Origin: a virus
Taxonomy: Duplodnaviria > Caudoviricetes
IMG/VR virus record: IMGVR_UViG_3300028048_000075
Span: 32,001-96,000 of that record
Reading direction: 5' to 3' (one strand)
Length of the DNA: 64,000 nt
The notes beneath the pieces were generated by a model that made no database searches, was not told the origin of the DNA, and was given only the letters and a program-made list of their open reading frames with translations. Below are positions 39,509 to 50,306 of this stretch, in pieces (within the stretch, counting starts at the first letter, position 1; each line of letters begins with the position of its first letter). Made by a program: the position numbers and the translations under genes.

Positions 39509-40255
39509 GTGGTTGAAAATAAATATTATAAAGCGGTATACAATTTCGTACCGGTTTGCAAAAACAAATTATTTGAAATGGATGAAGGTCTAAGAAAGAC
39601 CGACAGAGATTTCAAAACAATATTGGCCTATGCATCTAGGCCTACAGGATTGAAAACAAATGGTGGAAGGGATATAAAATTCTCTTATATTCCATGGCAC
39701 AATGCATTTTTGCAGTCTACTGACAATGAAGATGCAGATTACTTCCGTGATCTGTGTTGTCAGACAGGAGCTATGGCTTTCATAATGTTTAACAAAACCA
39801 AAAACGAATATGATTATATAGTCGCTTTGAATAGCGATGTATATGAACGTGTTTGTTATCCATTGTATAGATTAACATTGGCCCATGAAATGGGTCATGC
39901 AATTTGCGATCATGCTTTCGTTGAAAACAATGATAAACGTAGCATCGATCGTGAATTAGAGGCGGATGATAATGGGTTTAAACTCATATCATCTTATTTT
40001 AAAGATGATAAAAACATCTTTACACCAGATATGATTAGTTCGAAATCATTCACTTTCAAACATATCTTAGCTGGTGCATCTATGGCTTTCGGAGAAAAAG
40101 GTCTGGATCTTATCATGAAAGAATATGGTAAAAAGGATCACTTCGAATTGTGTAAGGAGATTTCTTCATATATGCTTAATTTGGATCCAGATTTGACAAA
40201 AATCGAAGATGGAGTCAGATCAAAGAATTTTGAAGAATGGTTAAAGGCATCATGA
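39509..40255 (+). CDS. HExxH zinc metallopeptidase-like protein
   Basis: TLAHEMGH...ELEADD; GTG start with GGAGG RBS. Confidence 0.7.
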   Translation: MVENKYYKAVYNFVPVCKNKLFEMDEGLRKTDRDFKTILAYASRPTGLKTNGGRDIKFSYIPWHNAFLQSTDNEDADYFRDLCCQTGAMAFIMFNKTKNEYDYIVALNSDVYERVCYPLYRLTLAHEMGHAICDHAFVENNDKRSIDRELEADDNGFKLISSYFKDDKNIFTPDMISSKSFTFKHILAGASMAFGEKGLDLIMKEYGKKDHFELCKEISSYMLNLDPDLTKIEDGVRSKNFEEWLKAS

Positions 40256-40371
40256 TTTGAGGTTAACTGTAGAAACCTCAAGTCTGATCATATTAGAACG
40301 GGTTCAGTGGTAGAACCCGTTCTTTTTTTTTATCATCGTCGACATTTTTATATAACCTAAAGGAATGAAAA

Positions 40372-41094
40372 ATGCCTAAAACTAACGAAAAATCGGTGGC
40401 TGTATCAGAGAAAATGGTCAATTTGGTATCAAAAACCACCAAAAATGGAAATATAGTAATATCTATGGAAGATTCAAAATACTATTATTTACCTTTTGAT
40501 AAATCTCCTTTAGATATATCAGACCCTAAAATACGAAATTCTTTTATTAAATCCGTAGAGAAACTAGTAAGAACTAGTAAGTTATATAAAAAGTATATTA
40601 ATTATCTTAAAGCTGATGTTGGATTAACGCATTGTGCAATATTTGGTAATATCAAATCCGAAAAAGGTGATAAAACTAAAATTGAAATGCACCATGGTCC
40701 AATATTCACATTGTATGACTACGTATCAATAGTTCTCGAAAAACATCTACGTGAAAATGCTAACGACTTAAATACTTTCGATATAGCTGCAGAGGTATTG
40801 GATTTGCATAAAAGACGACTGGTACAGACTGTGATGTTATCTGAATCTGTACATAAGTCTATGGATAACAAAAAACTTGCTCCATTCATTTCTCTTGATA
40901 TGACATTTGGAGATCTTAAAGGTTTTGTTATGGAATATGGTAAGTATTTCTCTCCACAAAATAGAGCAGATCTTAAAAATTACTTTGCACATTACAAGTT
41001 TAACCTAGAAAATAACAGGTTAAATATGTTTAAACCTATATTCACCAAATATGATATTAAAATGGTGAATAGCAAATATGAGGTTCCATCATGA
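40372..41094 (+). CDS. HNH-like His-motif protein, paralogue of 31038
   Basis: CAIF..IEMHHGPIFTLYD..LH..VMLSESVH; late motif at 40341. Confidence 0.6.
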   Translation: MPKTNEKSVAVSEKMVNLVSKTTKNGNIVISMEDSKYYYLPFDKSPLDISDPKIRNSFIKSVEKLVRTSKLYKKYINYLKADVGLTHCAIFGNIKSEKGDKTKIEMHHGPIFTLYDYVSIVLEKHLRENANDLNTFDIAAEVLDLHKRRLVQTVMLSESVHKSMDNKKLAPFISLDMTFGDLKGFVMEYGKYFSPQNRADLKNYFAHYKFNLENNRLNMFKPIFTKYDIKMVNSKYEVPS

Positions 41095-44000
41095 GTTTTG
41101 AAGCAGTCTATAGATCTAGAGAAGGTGCTAGAGAAATAACAAAAATTGCCAATTTCATAGGCTCATTAGTTATAAAGAATGAATATGAGGCTCAAAGATA
41201 TGAAACTTCAGAATCTCTATCCTCATATATAAAATATCATGGAGCATATACTTCTACAGATGCGTTTGCTGATTACGATTTGGAATTTAGAAGAGGTCAC
41301 AAAGATGAAGCTATGCACATTATGAATGGTTTTATTAAGAACTATCATTTTGATATAGCAACATTGAATACTATGACTGAATCTCGAGTTAAATCGTTAC
41401 AAGAAGGATATGACAAAAAGATTCCATTGTATCAGGATTATTTGAAAGCTCTTCGTATTGCTCGTGTAGCATATAGTGAAGAAATTAATCCTTATTATAG
41501 ACAATTTATGGGAAAGGCTCCAATAGGTGAAGAACCTGTCAAAATCATTAATAAAGATATGGATGATGACGGTTTTACACAAGTTACAGATTTGAGTCAA
41601 TATCCAGATCCCAAATTGATCTATTATCGTAAAGAAATCGATGAAGCGGGTGATGTTCATTGGTATATTATTGGCTATTTAGCTGGATGGTATAAAGAAA
41701 CTGAAGATGGTTCATTAGTACCTATAGCAGACAATTTCTATTATCTTAATACGATTTATGTCGATACATTGACTAAGACCAAATATCCCAAAACATTTAA
41801 CTATTATATTCTTCAGAATCATATTGCTGAAGTAATTGCTGCAAATCCAGATAAACATTATTTAAGGTTTGTTGGAGAATCTTTATCACCATTTTATTTG
41901 AGAAACCTTGAGAATTATGGTATAATTAAGTATGACGATAAGATATTGAGTCCTACTGAGTTGCATTATTTCTTTAAGGCTTACGATAAAGCTAGAAAAC
42001 AAGTTTTGCTTGATTATATAAATGGTTTCGATTCTAAACAACCTTTGTATAACCTCTTGATGATTCAGAATCTTCTGTATTATACTGTAATTAACTTTAC
42101 TAGTACATATATAGAACGTTATTCTCTTGGTATTTATACTGAAGAGAACATGAATGATATTCTTGAATCTTATGGATATAAGAGTCTTGTTCATATACAA
42201 GATTTGACTATTAAACAAAGAGTTGTTAAAAACCTTAATGAACTTATTGCAAATAAGGGTAACAACTACATTCTTGATATAATTCTTGAAAAGATTATTC
42301 AGGACCCAGATACAGAATTAAAACGTTACTATCTGGAAAAGAAATATAGAACTAGTGAATACGATAATGAAATCGATATCAATACTTCTGCTGGTCTAGA
42401 AAATTCTATAGATCTTGTATTCCGTGAAGTTCCAGTTACAGAACTTGATACAACTTCAGTTACTGCTGATTCTTATAAGAATTATGATCAGTTTGTTGCT
42501 AGTGATGATCTTTGGGGAGGTATAGAACCCGGTGATTCACAATCGATTAAAGAAAACAAGAAAGAGTATATTAAGAAGAAATTAATTTCTTCTAACTTTA
42601 ACTCAATTCTTGTAAAATACATAACTCTTACGAAATCTATAGATATCGTAAATGCTCAACGTCAACTACGTGATCTTGTATATCTTATGCTTTGTTATTT
42701 CCATGAGCATAAATCTGAAGAATTCTTTAATAAGAAAATCGATTTTGATAAATTCTCTGTAACTCCAGCTGCTTTATTTGGTGCTCTTTGTTGGTTACAG
42801 CAAATGAAGTTTTCTAATGAAGTTGCTCCTATGGCTGATGAAGATAGACGTGATCCTGTAGTTAAAAGAACATTCTGTGACGATGCCGACATTATTCAAT
42901 ACGACAAAACAGTTATTACAAGTTCTGTAGTATTTAGAAAAATGGGATCTTTGGCTGTCGATATGAATATTCTTCAGAATAATACATTCGTTATTGATGG
43001 TAAACCAGTTGTTATATACGATATTTCCCCAGAAATTGGTTCTTGGAAAGTTATAGATTTCTTAAAAGAGAATCCAGATATGCTCGAAGGAATTAATATC
43101 GGATTGGATGGAAAACGTATAGAAACTACTAGACTTACTGACCAATACGATGAATATGGAAGACTCAAAGAAAAAGGTGTAATGTCTTATGGTATATCTG
43201 CTCCAGATGGCTATAAACATTTGAGCGCTTATCAAGAAGAGTTGGAAGATTTCTTAGTAAGATTCCGTTATTTTAAAAATGGAGTAGATCTAGGAGATGC
43301 AACACTCGGAACAACATTCTCTGAATTAGTGGAAGACTATAAAACCCAATATCCTTCCTTGATTAATGCTATAACTGAGAAAATGAAAAAGTCTTATGAT
43401 TATAGAGAATATCAAGCTTGGGTATATATGCTTGAGCAATCACAAAGAAATAATTCTATAGATTTTATCTTTAAGGGTTGTGAAAGATATACAGATTATC
43501 TCAAACTTATGGAATCTGAAGGGTTAATAGATTACATTTACACAAATGTTAGAGTAAACAATAATAAACTTAGACTTGATGATGTATATGCTGTTCAGGA
43601 AACAATCAACAATGCATTTAAGAGTTGGGTTTATAATAACTTCTCTAAACTCATTTACCAAGTAAATGATGGAAATAATGACGAATCATCTTCAGAAGCT
43701 TCTTATGTAAATGACATGAAACTTTTGTTTGATGAATTTTTGTCAGTTTTCTCCCAGTTGTATACTGTAAACTACAAATATACTTTTGGTGATAAAGAAA
43801 AGAATGCTGATCAAATTCAGTTATTCTATAATCCTGTAAACTATTGGTATAAGGACAAACTCGTCGATTACATCGGTGTAACAGACAAAATTTTCAAAAC
43901 TCAGCTTAATGATAAGACTGAAGATAAATTGTGTCTTACATATCGGTATGGAATCGATGAGAAAGCCAAAATGTTTGATAACATCAATAACGATCTTATC

Positions 44001-44216
44001 ATTATTGATGATGGAGAAACAAAAAAATATATTCCTGAGGATCAATTTAAATATGAATTTGTTGGTTCTAGAGAAGTTAACAAGGCTTATGAGCATCTTG
44101 GTCTTACTGAAAAATGTCTGAGATCTGAAGAAAGACACACTCTTTCGATGACACTCGGATTAAGAGATGCGTTTAAAATAATCTCGGATGAAGGAGAAAA
44201 AATTTATTATGAATAA
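41091..44216 (+). CDS. probable baseplate/virion structural protein
   Basis: NPYYRQFMG, NLNELIANKG, DDLWGG pattern; late operon, next to collar-like gene. Confidence 0.6.
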   Translation: MSFEAVYRSREGAREITKIANFIGSLVIKNEYEAQRYETSESLSSYIKYHGAYTSTDAFADYDLEFRRGHKDEAMHIMNGFIKNYHFDIATLNTMTESRVKSLQEGYDKKIPLYQDYLKALRIARVAYSEEINPYYRQFMGKAPIGEEPVKIINKDMDDDGFTQVTDLSQYPDPKLIYYRKEIDEAGDVHWYIIGYLAGWYKETEDGSLVPIADNFYYLNTIYVDTLTKTKYPKTFNYYILQNHIAEVIAANPDKHYLRFVGESLSPFYLRNLENYGIIKYDDKILSPTELHYFFKAYDKARKQVLLDYINGFDSKQPLYNLLMIQNLLYYTVINFTSTYIERYSLGIYTEENMNDILESYGYKSLVHIQDLTIKQRVVKNLNELIANKGNNYILDIILEKIIQDPDTELKRYYLEKKYRTSEYDNEIDINTSAGLENSIDLVFREVPVTELDTTSVTADSYKNYDQFVASDDLWGGIEPGDSQSIKENKKEYIKKKLISSNFNSILVKYITLTKSIDIVNAQRQLRDLVYLMLCYFHEHKSEEFFNKKIDFDKFSVTPAALFGALCWLQQMKFSNEVAPMADEDRRDPVVKRTFCDDADIIQYDKTVITSSVVFRKMGSLAVDMNILQNNTFVIDGKPVVIYDISPEIGSWKVIDFLKENPDMLEGINIGLDGKRIETTRLTDQYDEYGRLKEKGVMSYGISAPDGYKHLSAYQEELEDFLVRFRYFKNGVDLGDATLGTTFSELVEDYKTQYPSLINAITEKMKKSYDYREYQAWVYMLEQSQRNNSIDFIFKGCERYTDYLKLMESEGLIDYIYTNVRVNNNKLRLDDVYAVQETINNAFKSWVYNNFSKLIYQVNDGNNDESSSEASYVNDMKLLFDEFLSVFSQLYTVNYKYTFGDKEKNADQIQLFYNPVNYWYKDKLVDYIGVTDKIFKTQLNDKTEDKLCLTYRYGIDEKAKMFDNINNDLIIIDDGETKKYIPEDQFKYEFVGSREVNKAYEHLGLTEKCLRSEERHTLSMTLGLRDAFKIISDEGEKIYYE

Positions 44217-45237
44217 GAACGTTCATTTTTCTGATTCTATATATGTGAAAGATGTGGCTAATATGCCATCAACTCTTAACACAGAAGTTATCATTACAGC
44301 TAAGAACTGTAAGTCTGAAGGTTCTGTAGAACGTCAGATTTATAAGAATAAAACTGCTCTTCCTGGCAGAACAAGTCTCTTGGAATCTGTATTCCCAGTA
44401 TCTCCAAATATTAGAGATCAGCATATCTTTATTAATGATAACGTTCTTGGTGAAACAGATAATACTGGTGCTCCTATCGCTAATCCTCAGAAGATCATTC
44501 TTCCTACAGGTGTAAACGAAGGAATGCTCCCTAGAAACAACATCAATCTCTTCCGTAGAAGACGTGTAGCATATTGGTGTGCAGGTGATGGTGCTATGAA
44601 CAGAACACTTATTAGTGAGTCATATCCAGCACATATCACAAACTCAAGACTATACCACATGATTCCTTTCCGTGTAACTGGAGATGGTGGAGATAATACT
44701 ATCGATGCCACAATGTACAAAGGAAAGGTTGTCTATAACACAAACCATCCATTGAGTGGTAGAACCGCAGCATATTTTAAGAAAATCGAATTCGATGGAC
44801 TTGAAAGCGGTATCAAAATGCTTGTAGAAGGTACACCTTATACACCATCTTGGAGAGATACAGCTCCTGATCTTGATGCTGAAGATCCACAGGGTTACGT
44901 CAATAAATTCCGTGGAAATGCTAATCAGACTAACTATGTCGATATGGTTCTCAACATCAATGCTGAAGAATTTAAGTCATGGTTTAACCTTACTGAATCA
45001 ACATTGGCTAATGCTACTATTAGTGAAATTGGTTTGGTTCTTGGATATGAAGGATATCTTGGTAATGGTTCTCTAAAAGCTGTAGAGGATCTAAATCCTG
45101 ATGATCCAGAATATACAAATTCTAAGAAGATCGCTGAAGTATTCGATGCCGAGCTTTTTGCTCATCTAACATTCGATCCTTATAGCGTATCTCGCGAAAA
45201 CGCTTCAATCACGATTGAATATCGTGTATATGCATAA
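44209..45237 (+). CDS. baseplate/tail-fibre-collar-like protein
   Basis: C-terminal ISEIGLVLG...LFAHLTF...ITIEYRVY. Confidence 0.65.
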   Translation: MNKNVHFSDSIYVKDVANMPSTLNTEVIITAKNCKSEGSVERQIYKNKTALPGRTSLLESVFPVSPNIRDQHIFINDNVLGETDNTGAPIANPQKIILPTGVNEGMLPRNNINLFRRRRVAYWCAGDGAMNRTLISESYPAHITNSRLYHMIPFRVTGDGGDNTIDATMYKGKVVYNTNHPLSGRTAAYFKKIEFDGLESGIKMLVEGTPYTPSWRDTAPDLDAEDPQGYVNKFRGNANQTNYVDMVLNINAEEFKSWFNLTESTLANATISEIGLVLGYEGYLGNGSLKAVEDLNPDDPEYTNSKKIAEVFDAELFAHLTFDPYSVSRENASITIEYRVYA

Positions 45238-45318
45238 ATCATTTACTTCCTTTACTGGTCACGAATAATTTCATTGTTCGTTGTTGTCATAAAGTACTCC
45301 TTTTCATAAAATCATGAG

Positions 45319-45350
45319 GCTGTGCGAGTTCTCTCGCACAGCAATTTTAT
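45319..45350 (+). terminator. hairpin / probable terminator
   Basis: gctgtgcgag-ttct-ctcgcacagc then T-rich tail. Confidence 0.65.
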
Positions 45351-45398
45351 TTGTCATCATCGACAAATGAATATATTCGTTACTTATGGAGTTATCAT

Positions 45399-46682
45399 AT
45401 GAATGACAATGATACTTTGAAATATAAAAAACTTAAATATGAGGATATAAAAGACGTTATTGAGAAACTCAAAGATCCTAATAACATAACACGAAGTTAC
45501 CTTACAGAATTGTTTTCAAATAGACAAGGTAAACGAGATGATAATGGTAAAATCGAAGTACTTCCAGCAAGATTTAGATGTACGGATTACTTTGATTTAC
45601 CAGCTGGGGTTTTGGAAAATCAACCACAAGCTATTAAAGATACAACATTAGGCATCTTTATTTTCAATTCTCTTGTTATAAATAATGCTTTTCATGGTAA
45701 AGTAAGTTATCAAAATGCTCCTTTGAATGATGATAATCGAGATGATCTTATCGATAAAATTGGTTTGTTTATACTTAGAGATCAGATCAGTGTACAAGAG
45801 TTTGCAGTTTTCTGTAACGCTATCGTTTGGCTAGGATATCAGAACGAACTCTTTATGCCTGGAGTTTCTTTGGAATTGGTTATACCTAATAAAGAAATTG
45901 CTAAACTTAAAGTTAAACTTCTTAATGAGCATAAACATCTAACAGAACGTAAAGTTATGTCTAATGTTGAAGTTGCTGAATATGCTGACAAAATTGAAAA
46001 ACCTCTTATTGATAAAGCTAAAGAGTTGAGTGAAAACAATTATGCTGGAAAACTGTTTGATTTGGGTAAACCTACTATTAAAAACCAGTATAAAAACTCC
46101 AATATTACCAATGGTCCTATTATGGATCCTACAACAGGTAAATACAAAATAAACGTAAATTCTTACAATGAAGGAATTAACGACTGGAACTTTGATGTTT
46201 TGGCAAATAAATCCGTAATTGCATCTTATTCTCGTGGCGTTAATACTCAAGTTGGTGGTACATATGCTAAATACGTTGGTATTTTGATGCAGACTGTTGT
46301 AGCTGGTCCTAAAGGTTCAGATTGCCATACTACAGGGTATTTGGATTTTCTTGTCACAAAATTCAATAAGAGCACAATAGAGTTTAATTATGCTATAACT
46401 CCAGATAGTGGAGGTAAAGAGGTAGTTCTTACTGACACTATGCTAAATGGCTTAGTCGGAAAACGTATTAAAATGCGCTCTCCAATATTTTGTAAGAATC
46501 CTAAATGTCTTTGTAATCATTGTATTGGTGATAGAACTTATGCTCTTGGTATTAAAAACATTGGTCTTACTGGAAATATTCCATTCGACTCTCAGAAGAA
46601 TATCTCTATGAAAGCTGCTCACGATATTTCTGTAAAACCATACAATGCTAATGTAGAAGAATTTATCGCATTCGAAAAATAA
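45399..46682 (+). CDS. RNA polymerase beta' middle fragment, probably virion RNAP
   Basis: TTLGIFIFN, bridge-helix-like SRGVNTQVGGTYAK, DCHT, RSPIFC...CNHCIG; GACA-N6-TA at 45362. Confidence 0.85.
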   Translation: MNDNDTLKYKKLKYEDIKDVIEKLKDPNNITRSYLTELFSNRQGKRDDNGKIEVLPARFRCTDYFDLPAGVLENQPQAIKDTTLGIFIFNSLVINNAFHGKVSYQNAPLNDDNRDDLIDKIGLFILRDQISVQEFAVFCNAIVWLGYQNELFMPGVSLELVIPNKEIAKLKVKLLNEHKHLTERKVMSNVEVAEYADKIEKPLIDKAKELSENNYAGKLFDLGKPTIKNQYKNSNITNGPIMDPTTGKYKINVNSYNEGINDWNFDVLANKSVIASYSRGVNTQVGGTYAKYVGILMQTVVAGPKGSDCHTTGYLDFLVTKFNKSTIEFNYAITPDSGGKEVVLTDTMLNGLVGKRIKMRSPIFCKNPKCLCNHCIGDRTYALGIKNIGLTGNIPFDSQKNISMKAAHDISVKPYNANVEEFIAFEK

Positions 46683-46744
46683 TAACATAAGGTCCCTATA
46701 TCAGGGACCTTAGTTTTTTATCCTGTTAAGACCCCCCCCCACAC

Positions 46745-46755
46745 TTATATATTAT
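46745..46755 (+). promoter_or_regulatory. early-type promoter motif TTATATATT(A/C)T (representative copy)
   Basis: Also at 2265, 2967, 10172, 14494, 35168, 37805, 47800, 52097, 62572; variants at 39456, 50906; all intergenic, upstream of RBSs. Confidence 0.75.
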
Positions 46756-46782
46756 AATAATGAAGGGTATAGGAGGAGTATT

Positions 46783-47430
46783 ATGCCTGAGAAAGAACTT
46801 AAAATGATCGTTAGTAAGACGATCAATAGCAATCGTTTCATCGCATCGATTGCATACGGTCTCACTATGGGATTGTGGGGCCGTTATTATGCGGAGAATC
46901 TGAGTTTCGTGTGGACCCAGACTCAGATTCTTGTTATGTTTGTTGCTGGCTATATAGTTAACGATTTGGCTAGCAAGAAAATGACGTTCCGTAAGTCCAT
47001 ATTTTACATGCGGAATGTTCTGGGCTTCATGGTCAGATTCATTGACCTGGTTACGGTTATATGGTTTACTGTAACTCATAGCCCAGCAGTACTTTTTATA
47101 GGAGACATTGTCTCCTGTATATTCAGTGAAGTGGAGGCCATAGCCTGGACTGAAATGCACTCAGCCACTTTCACTGGCAATTTTAGGGCAGAGCACTCGG
47201 CCCGGAATCAAAAGGCCGGCAACCTCGGAAGCATAATAGCTTACGTAGCTGCTACATTGATTGCGTTTTTCATCGTTGGTGAAAAACCGATTAGTGAGGA
47301 AATATTATTAGTGACACAATACATCATGGTCGTGGTGTGCTATGTCATTTATTTCCGCGGTCTTAAAATCTTCAAGCTCACAAGGCCTCTTGTTGAGGCC
47401 ATGTGGGCTGAGAAGGAAAAAGAAGTGTAA
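46783..47430 (+). CDS. multi-pass membrane protein (half-MFS-like), GC-richer than flanks
   Basis: About 6 TM segments; AGGAGGAG RBS; early motif 46745; own terminator at about 47432-47462. Confidence 0.65.
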   Translation: MPEKELKMIVSKTINSNRFIASIAYGLTMGLWGRYYAENLSFVWTQTQILVMFVAGYIVNDLASKKMTFRKSIFYMRNVLGFMVRFIDLVTVIWFTVTHSPAVLFIGDIVSCIFSEVEAIAWTEMHSATFTGNFRAEHSARNQKAGNLGSIIAYVAATLIAFFIVGEKPISEEILLVTQYIMVVVCYVIYFRGLKIFKLTRPLVEAMWAEKEKEV

Positions 47431-47504
47431 GAAAGAAAGGGGCTTCGGCCCCTTCTTTTTTTATTCTCTTTTGTACATACCCATATACATTTTTGAGGTG
47501 TTTT

Positions 47505-47798
47505 ATGAACGGATTTGTATCTATTTTACTTAAAATACTTGGTGTTATAATTGATGTACTTGGTGTATTTACTCTTGCTCTTATAATACTCGTAATACTT
47601 TATAAGATTTTTGAAAAAGGTATTATGAAAATGCGTGTTAAGAAGTATGCTAAAAAATTGACAGAAACAAACTTTATGCAAGATTTAATGGCTAAAATGA
47701 CTGATGAAGAACTTGAAAAGATCAAGAAAAACAATCATGCTGAGACAACCATAACATTGGATTTGACAAATATGGAAAAGAAATCCGAGACCAAATGA
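47505..47798 (+). CDS. small membrane-anchored protein
   Basis: GAGG RBS; long hydrophobic N-terminus. Confidence 0.65.
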   Translation: MNGFVSILLKILGVIIDVLGVFTLALIILVILYKIFEKGIMKMRVKKYAKKLTETNFMQDLMAKMTDEELEKIKKNNHAETTITLDLTNMEKKSETK

Positions 47799-47832
47799 CT
47801 TATATATTCTAATATTAATAAGGAGTAATATT

Positions 47833-50247
47833 ATGGCTAAACAAGAAAAGCAAAAATCTGAGTTTGCATTTAATATTCCTGATGACTTTGTAGAAAATTT
47901 TGATAATTCAGAAATACATAGAACCATTAGGGATAACAAGAAGATTTATGCATTAACGACATTTGGTCGTGCTATACCATATTATAAAGATGGCCTGATT
48001 GAAGCTTACAGACGTGCTTTGTATGATATGATTGATAAGAATATTCGATTTAAGAATAAGACTGTAAAGTCTGCTCTTATTGTAGGTGATATTATTGGTC
48101 GTTTTCATCCTCATGGTGACGCTGCAGCATATCAGTCTATTGTAACATTGACACAACCTTGGACAAACAATTACCCGCTTATTTATGGTGGGGATAGTAA
48201 CTTCGGTAATGTTTTGGGAAACCCAGCTGCTGCATACCGATATACAGAATGTAAAACTTCAGAATTCTTCGATGACGTTTGTGAAGAAATCAAAGAAGAA
48301 TATGTGGACTTTATGCCTAACTTTGATGATAGTGCTAAAGAAATTTGTTACATTCCGTTTAAAGTCCCCGTATTATTGGTCAATGGTTCTTATGGTATTG
48401 CTGACTCATATATGACATCAATCTTACCACATAATCTTAACGATGTTATCGATATCTGTGAAAAGTACATAGCTAATAAACAGATTAGAAACGAGATTCT
48501 TGTGGATGGTTTCTATCCTGATTGTCCAAACTATGGAATAATCACCAATAGAAACGAGATTGAAAGATGCTATAAGCTTGGAACACCAGCAAATGTCAAA
48601 ATGAAAGCAACTATGGAAGTCAATCGTGAGGAAAATAAGATTATTATCAAAGATCTTCCTTATGGTATGACTGAAGCGGATGTTATAACCACACTCAAAG
48701 GTTATTATGAAAAGAATCATGCAGTTCTTAGCAAAGTTTTAAATATTATAGACATGAAAACTACCAGAAATGGTGAAATGTTTATTGAATTTGAAGTCTT
48801 GTTTGATAAGAATGCGAACATCCTTGAAGTTGCTAAAGATCTTGAACGTTTCTGTTTGTCTAAAACTGTTCCTATCAGTATGATTAATTTTGATGGAAAA
48901 TTCGTTAAACGAGTTTCTATTAAAGATTTGATTGCTAACTGGTATGATACATTATACACGACAAAACACAGAAAACTCGGATATCAAACATCGTTACTTG
49001 TTAATGAAATCCATATTCTCGAAGGTAAGTTGAAGATCTACGATCATATCGATGAAATCATTGAGTATGCTAAGAAATCAAAGTCTGACAAAGAATTCAT
49101 GGAATATCTTTCTAAGAAATACGGTCTGACATTGATACAATCTAAAGCAATCATCAATATGCGTATTCAGCAATTGAATGCAACATCTAAGGATGAAATT
49201 ATTGCACAAATTGCTGAGAACAGACGTAAGATCGATGAACTTGATGAAAGAGTTATGCATATCGATGATGAAATCGTTGCGGATCTCGAAAAGCTAAGAA
49301 AGAAGTATGGAAGACCAAGAAGAACAGTAGTACTTGAGGATTCAGAATCAAGTTCTAAGAATATAACTTCTATTCCTATGAGTAATGGAATGATTCTTTG
49401 GACGAATAATCAATACGCTGTGTTCGATTTAAATGCTGTACTAAATGGTAAAAGTTTGATAAATGGTGTTAAGACTTGTAAAGTAAATGGTCGCAATGTA
49501 AAAGAAATTATTGGTGGTCACAATGTTTATAAGGATCTTATAGCCATTCTGATATTCAATAGAGATGGTACTGCTAAGAGAGTTAATGTCTCAGATTTGG
49601 TTGGTATCAACAATTGGATTTCGGTATCAGACGAACCGATGATTGTGGGTGTAATTCCTATTTATTCTGAAGATGACAAGTTCATTTGTATATCTGATCA
49701 GAATAAAATAAAGATCTCATCTGTAGCAGATTTCAATAGTAAACAGTCAATAAAAGCTGGTGTTATGAAATGTGTACAGAGAGTAGATTCAACAAAGGAT
49801 TCGTGTTTCATACTCTGTGAATCAGGAAGATATCATTATATTCATATAGCTGATATTCCTGAGTTAGGAAGAACAGCTTCAGGAGTTATTCTAAATATTC
49901 CTGATAATGAAAATGTCTCGATGATACAGATGGAACAATTCACAGATGATATTGGTATAGCGTCTATCACAGATGCAGAAGGATACACATATATCATCAA
50001 AATCGAACAGGAATTACTCGAAGAAACCAATAGAGCGAACAAAGCTAAGAAATTGATGGATTTGAGTGATTATACGTTTACTAATATTTGTGAAGTGAAT
50101 ATTAAAGATAAAGATGCTAAATGCATTTTAATCGGAAAGAATTCTACATCACAAGTCAACATGAGTAACATTAGATCTGGAGATCTTGCAAGGATACCGA
50201 AGAAAGTTCCGATATCTATTGTTGGATTGGTCACTTACAAAATTTAA
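47833..50247 (+). CDS. gyrA: type IIA topoisomerase A subunit (GyrA/ParC-like)
   Basis: DGL...RR, KSA.IVG, FHPHGD, catalytic AAYRYTE, LLVNGSYGIA, PHNL; CTD blades (LGRTASGV). Confidence 0.93.
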   Translation: MAKQEKQKSEFAFNIPDDFVENFDNSEIHRTIRDNKKIYALTTFGRAIPYYKDGLIEAYRRALYDMIDKNIRFKNKTVKSALIVGDIIGRFHPHGDAAAYQSIVTLTQPWTNNYPLIYGGDSNFGNVLGNPAAAYRYTECKTSEFFDDVCEEIKEEYVDFMPNFDDSAKEICYIPFKVPVLLVNGSYGIADSYMTSILPHNLNDVIDICEKYIANKQIRNEILVDGFYPDCPNYGIITNRNEIERCYKLGTPANVKMKATMEVNREENKIIIKDLPYGMTEADVITTLKGYYEKNHAVLSKVLNIIDMKTTRNGEMFIEFEVLFDKNANILEVAKDLERFCLSKTVPISMINFDGKFVKRVSIKDLIANWYDTLYTTKHRKLGYQTSLLVNEIHILEGKLKIYDHIDEIIEYAKKSKSDKEFMEYLSKKYGLTLIQSKAIINMRIQQLNATSKDEIIAQIAENRRKIDELDERVMHIDDEIVADLEKLRKKYGRPRRTVVLEDSESSSKNITSIPMSNGMILWTNNQYAVFDLNAVLNGKSLINGVKTCKVNGRNVKEIIGGHNVYKDLIAILIFNRDGTAKRVNVSDLVGINNWISVSDEPMIVGVIPIYSEDDKFICISDQNKIKISSVADFNSKQSIKAGVMKCVQRVDSTKDSCFILCESGRYHYIHIADIPELGRTASGVILNIPDNENVSMIQMEQFTDDIGIASITDAEGYTYIIKIEQELLEETNRANKAKKLMDLSDYTFTNICEVNIKDKDAKCILIGKNSTSQVNMSNIRSGDLARIPKKVPISIVGLVTYKI

Positions 50248-50306
50248 AATTATAAGGGTAGTCGATGACTACCCTTATTTCTATTCTACAGGAGGAAAAA
50301 GGAATT

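Noticed and set aside
15519-50247. Group I introns or inteins in RNAP or topoisomerase genes, as occur in related jumbo phages
   Set aside because: Reading frames are continuous and no intein termini or intron cores were seen
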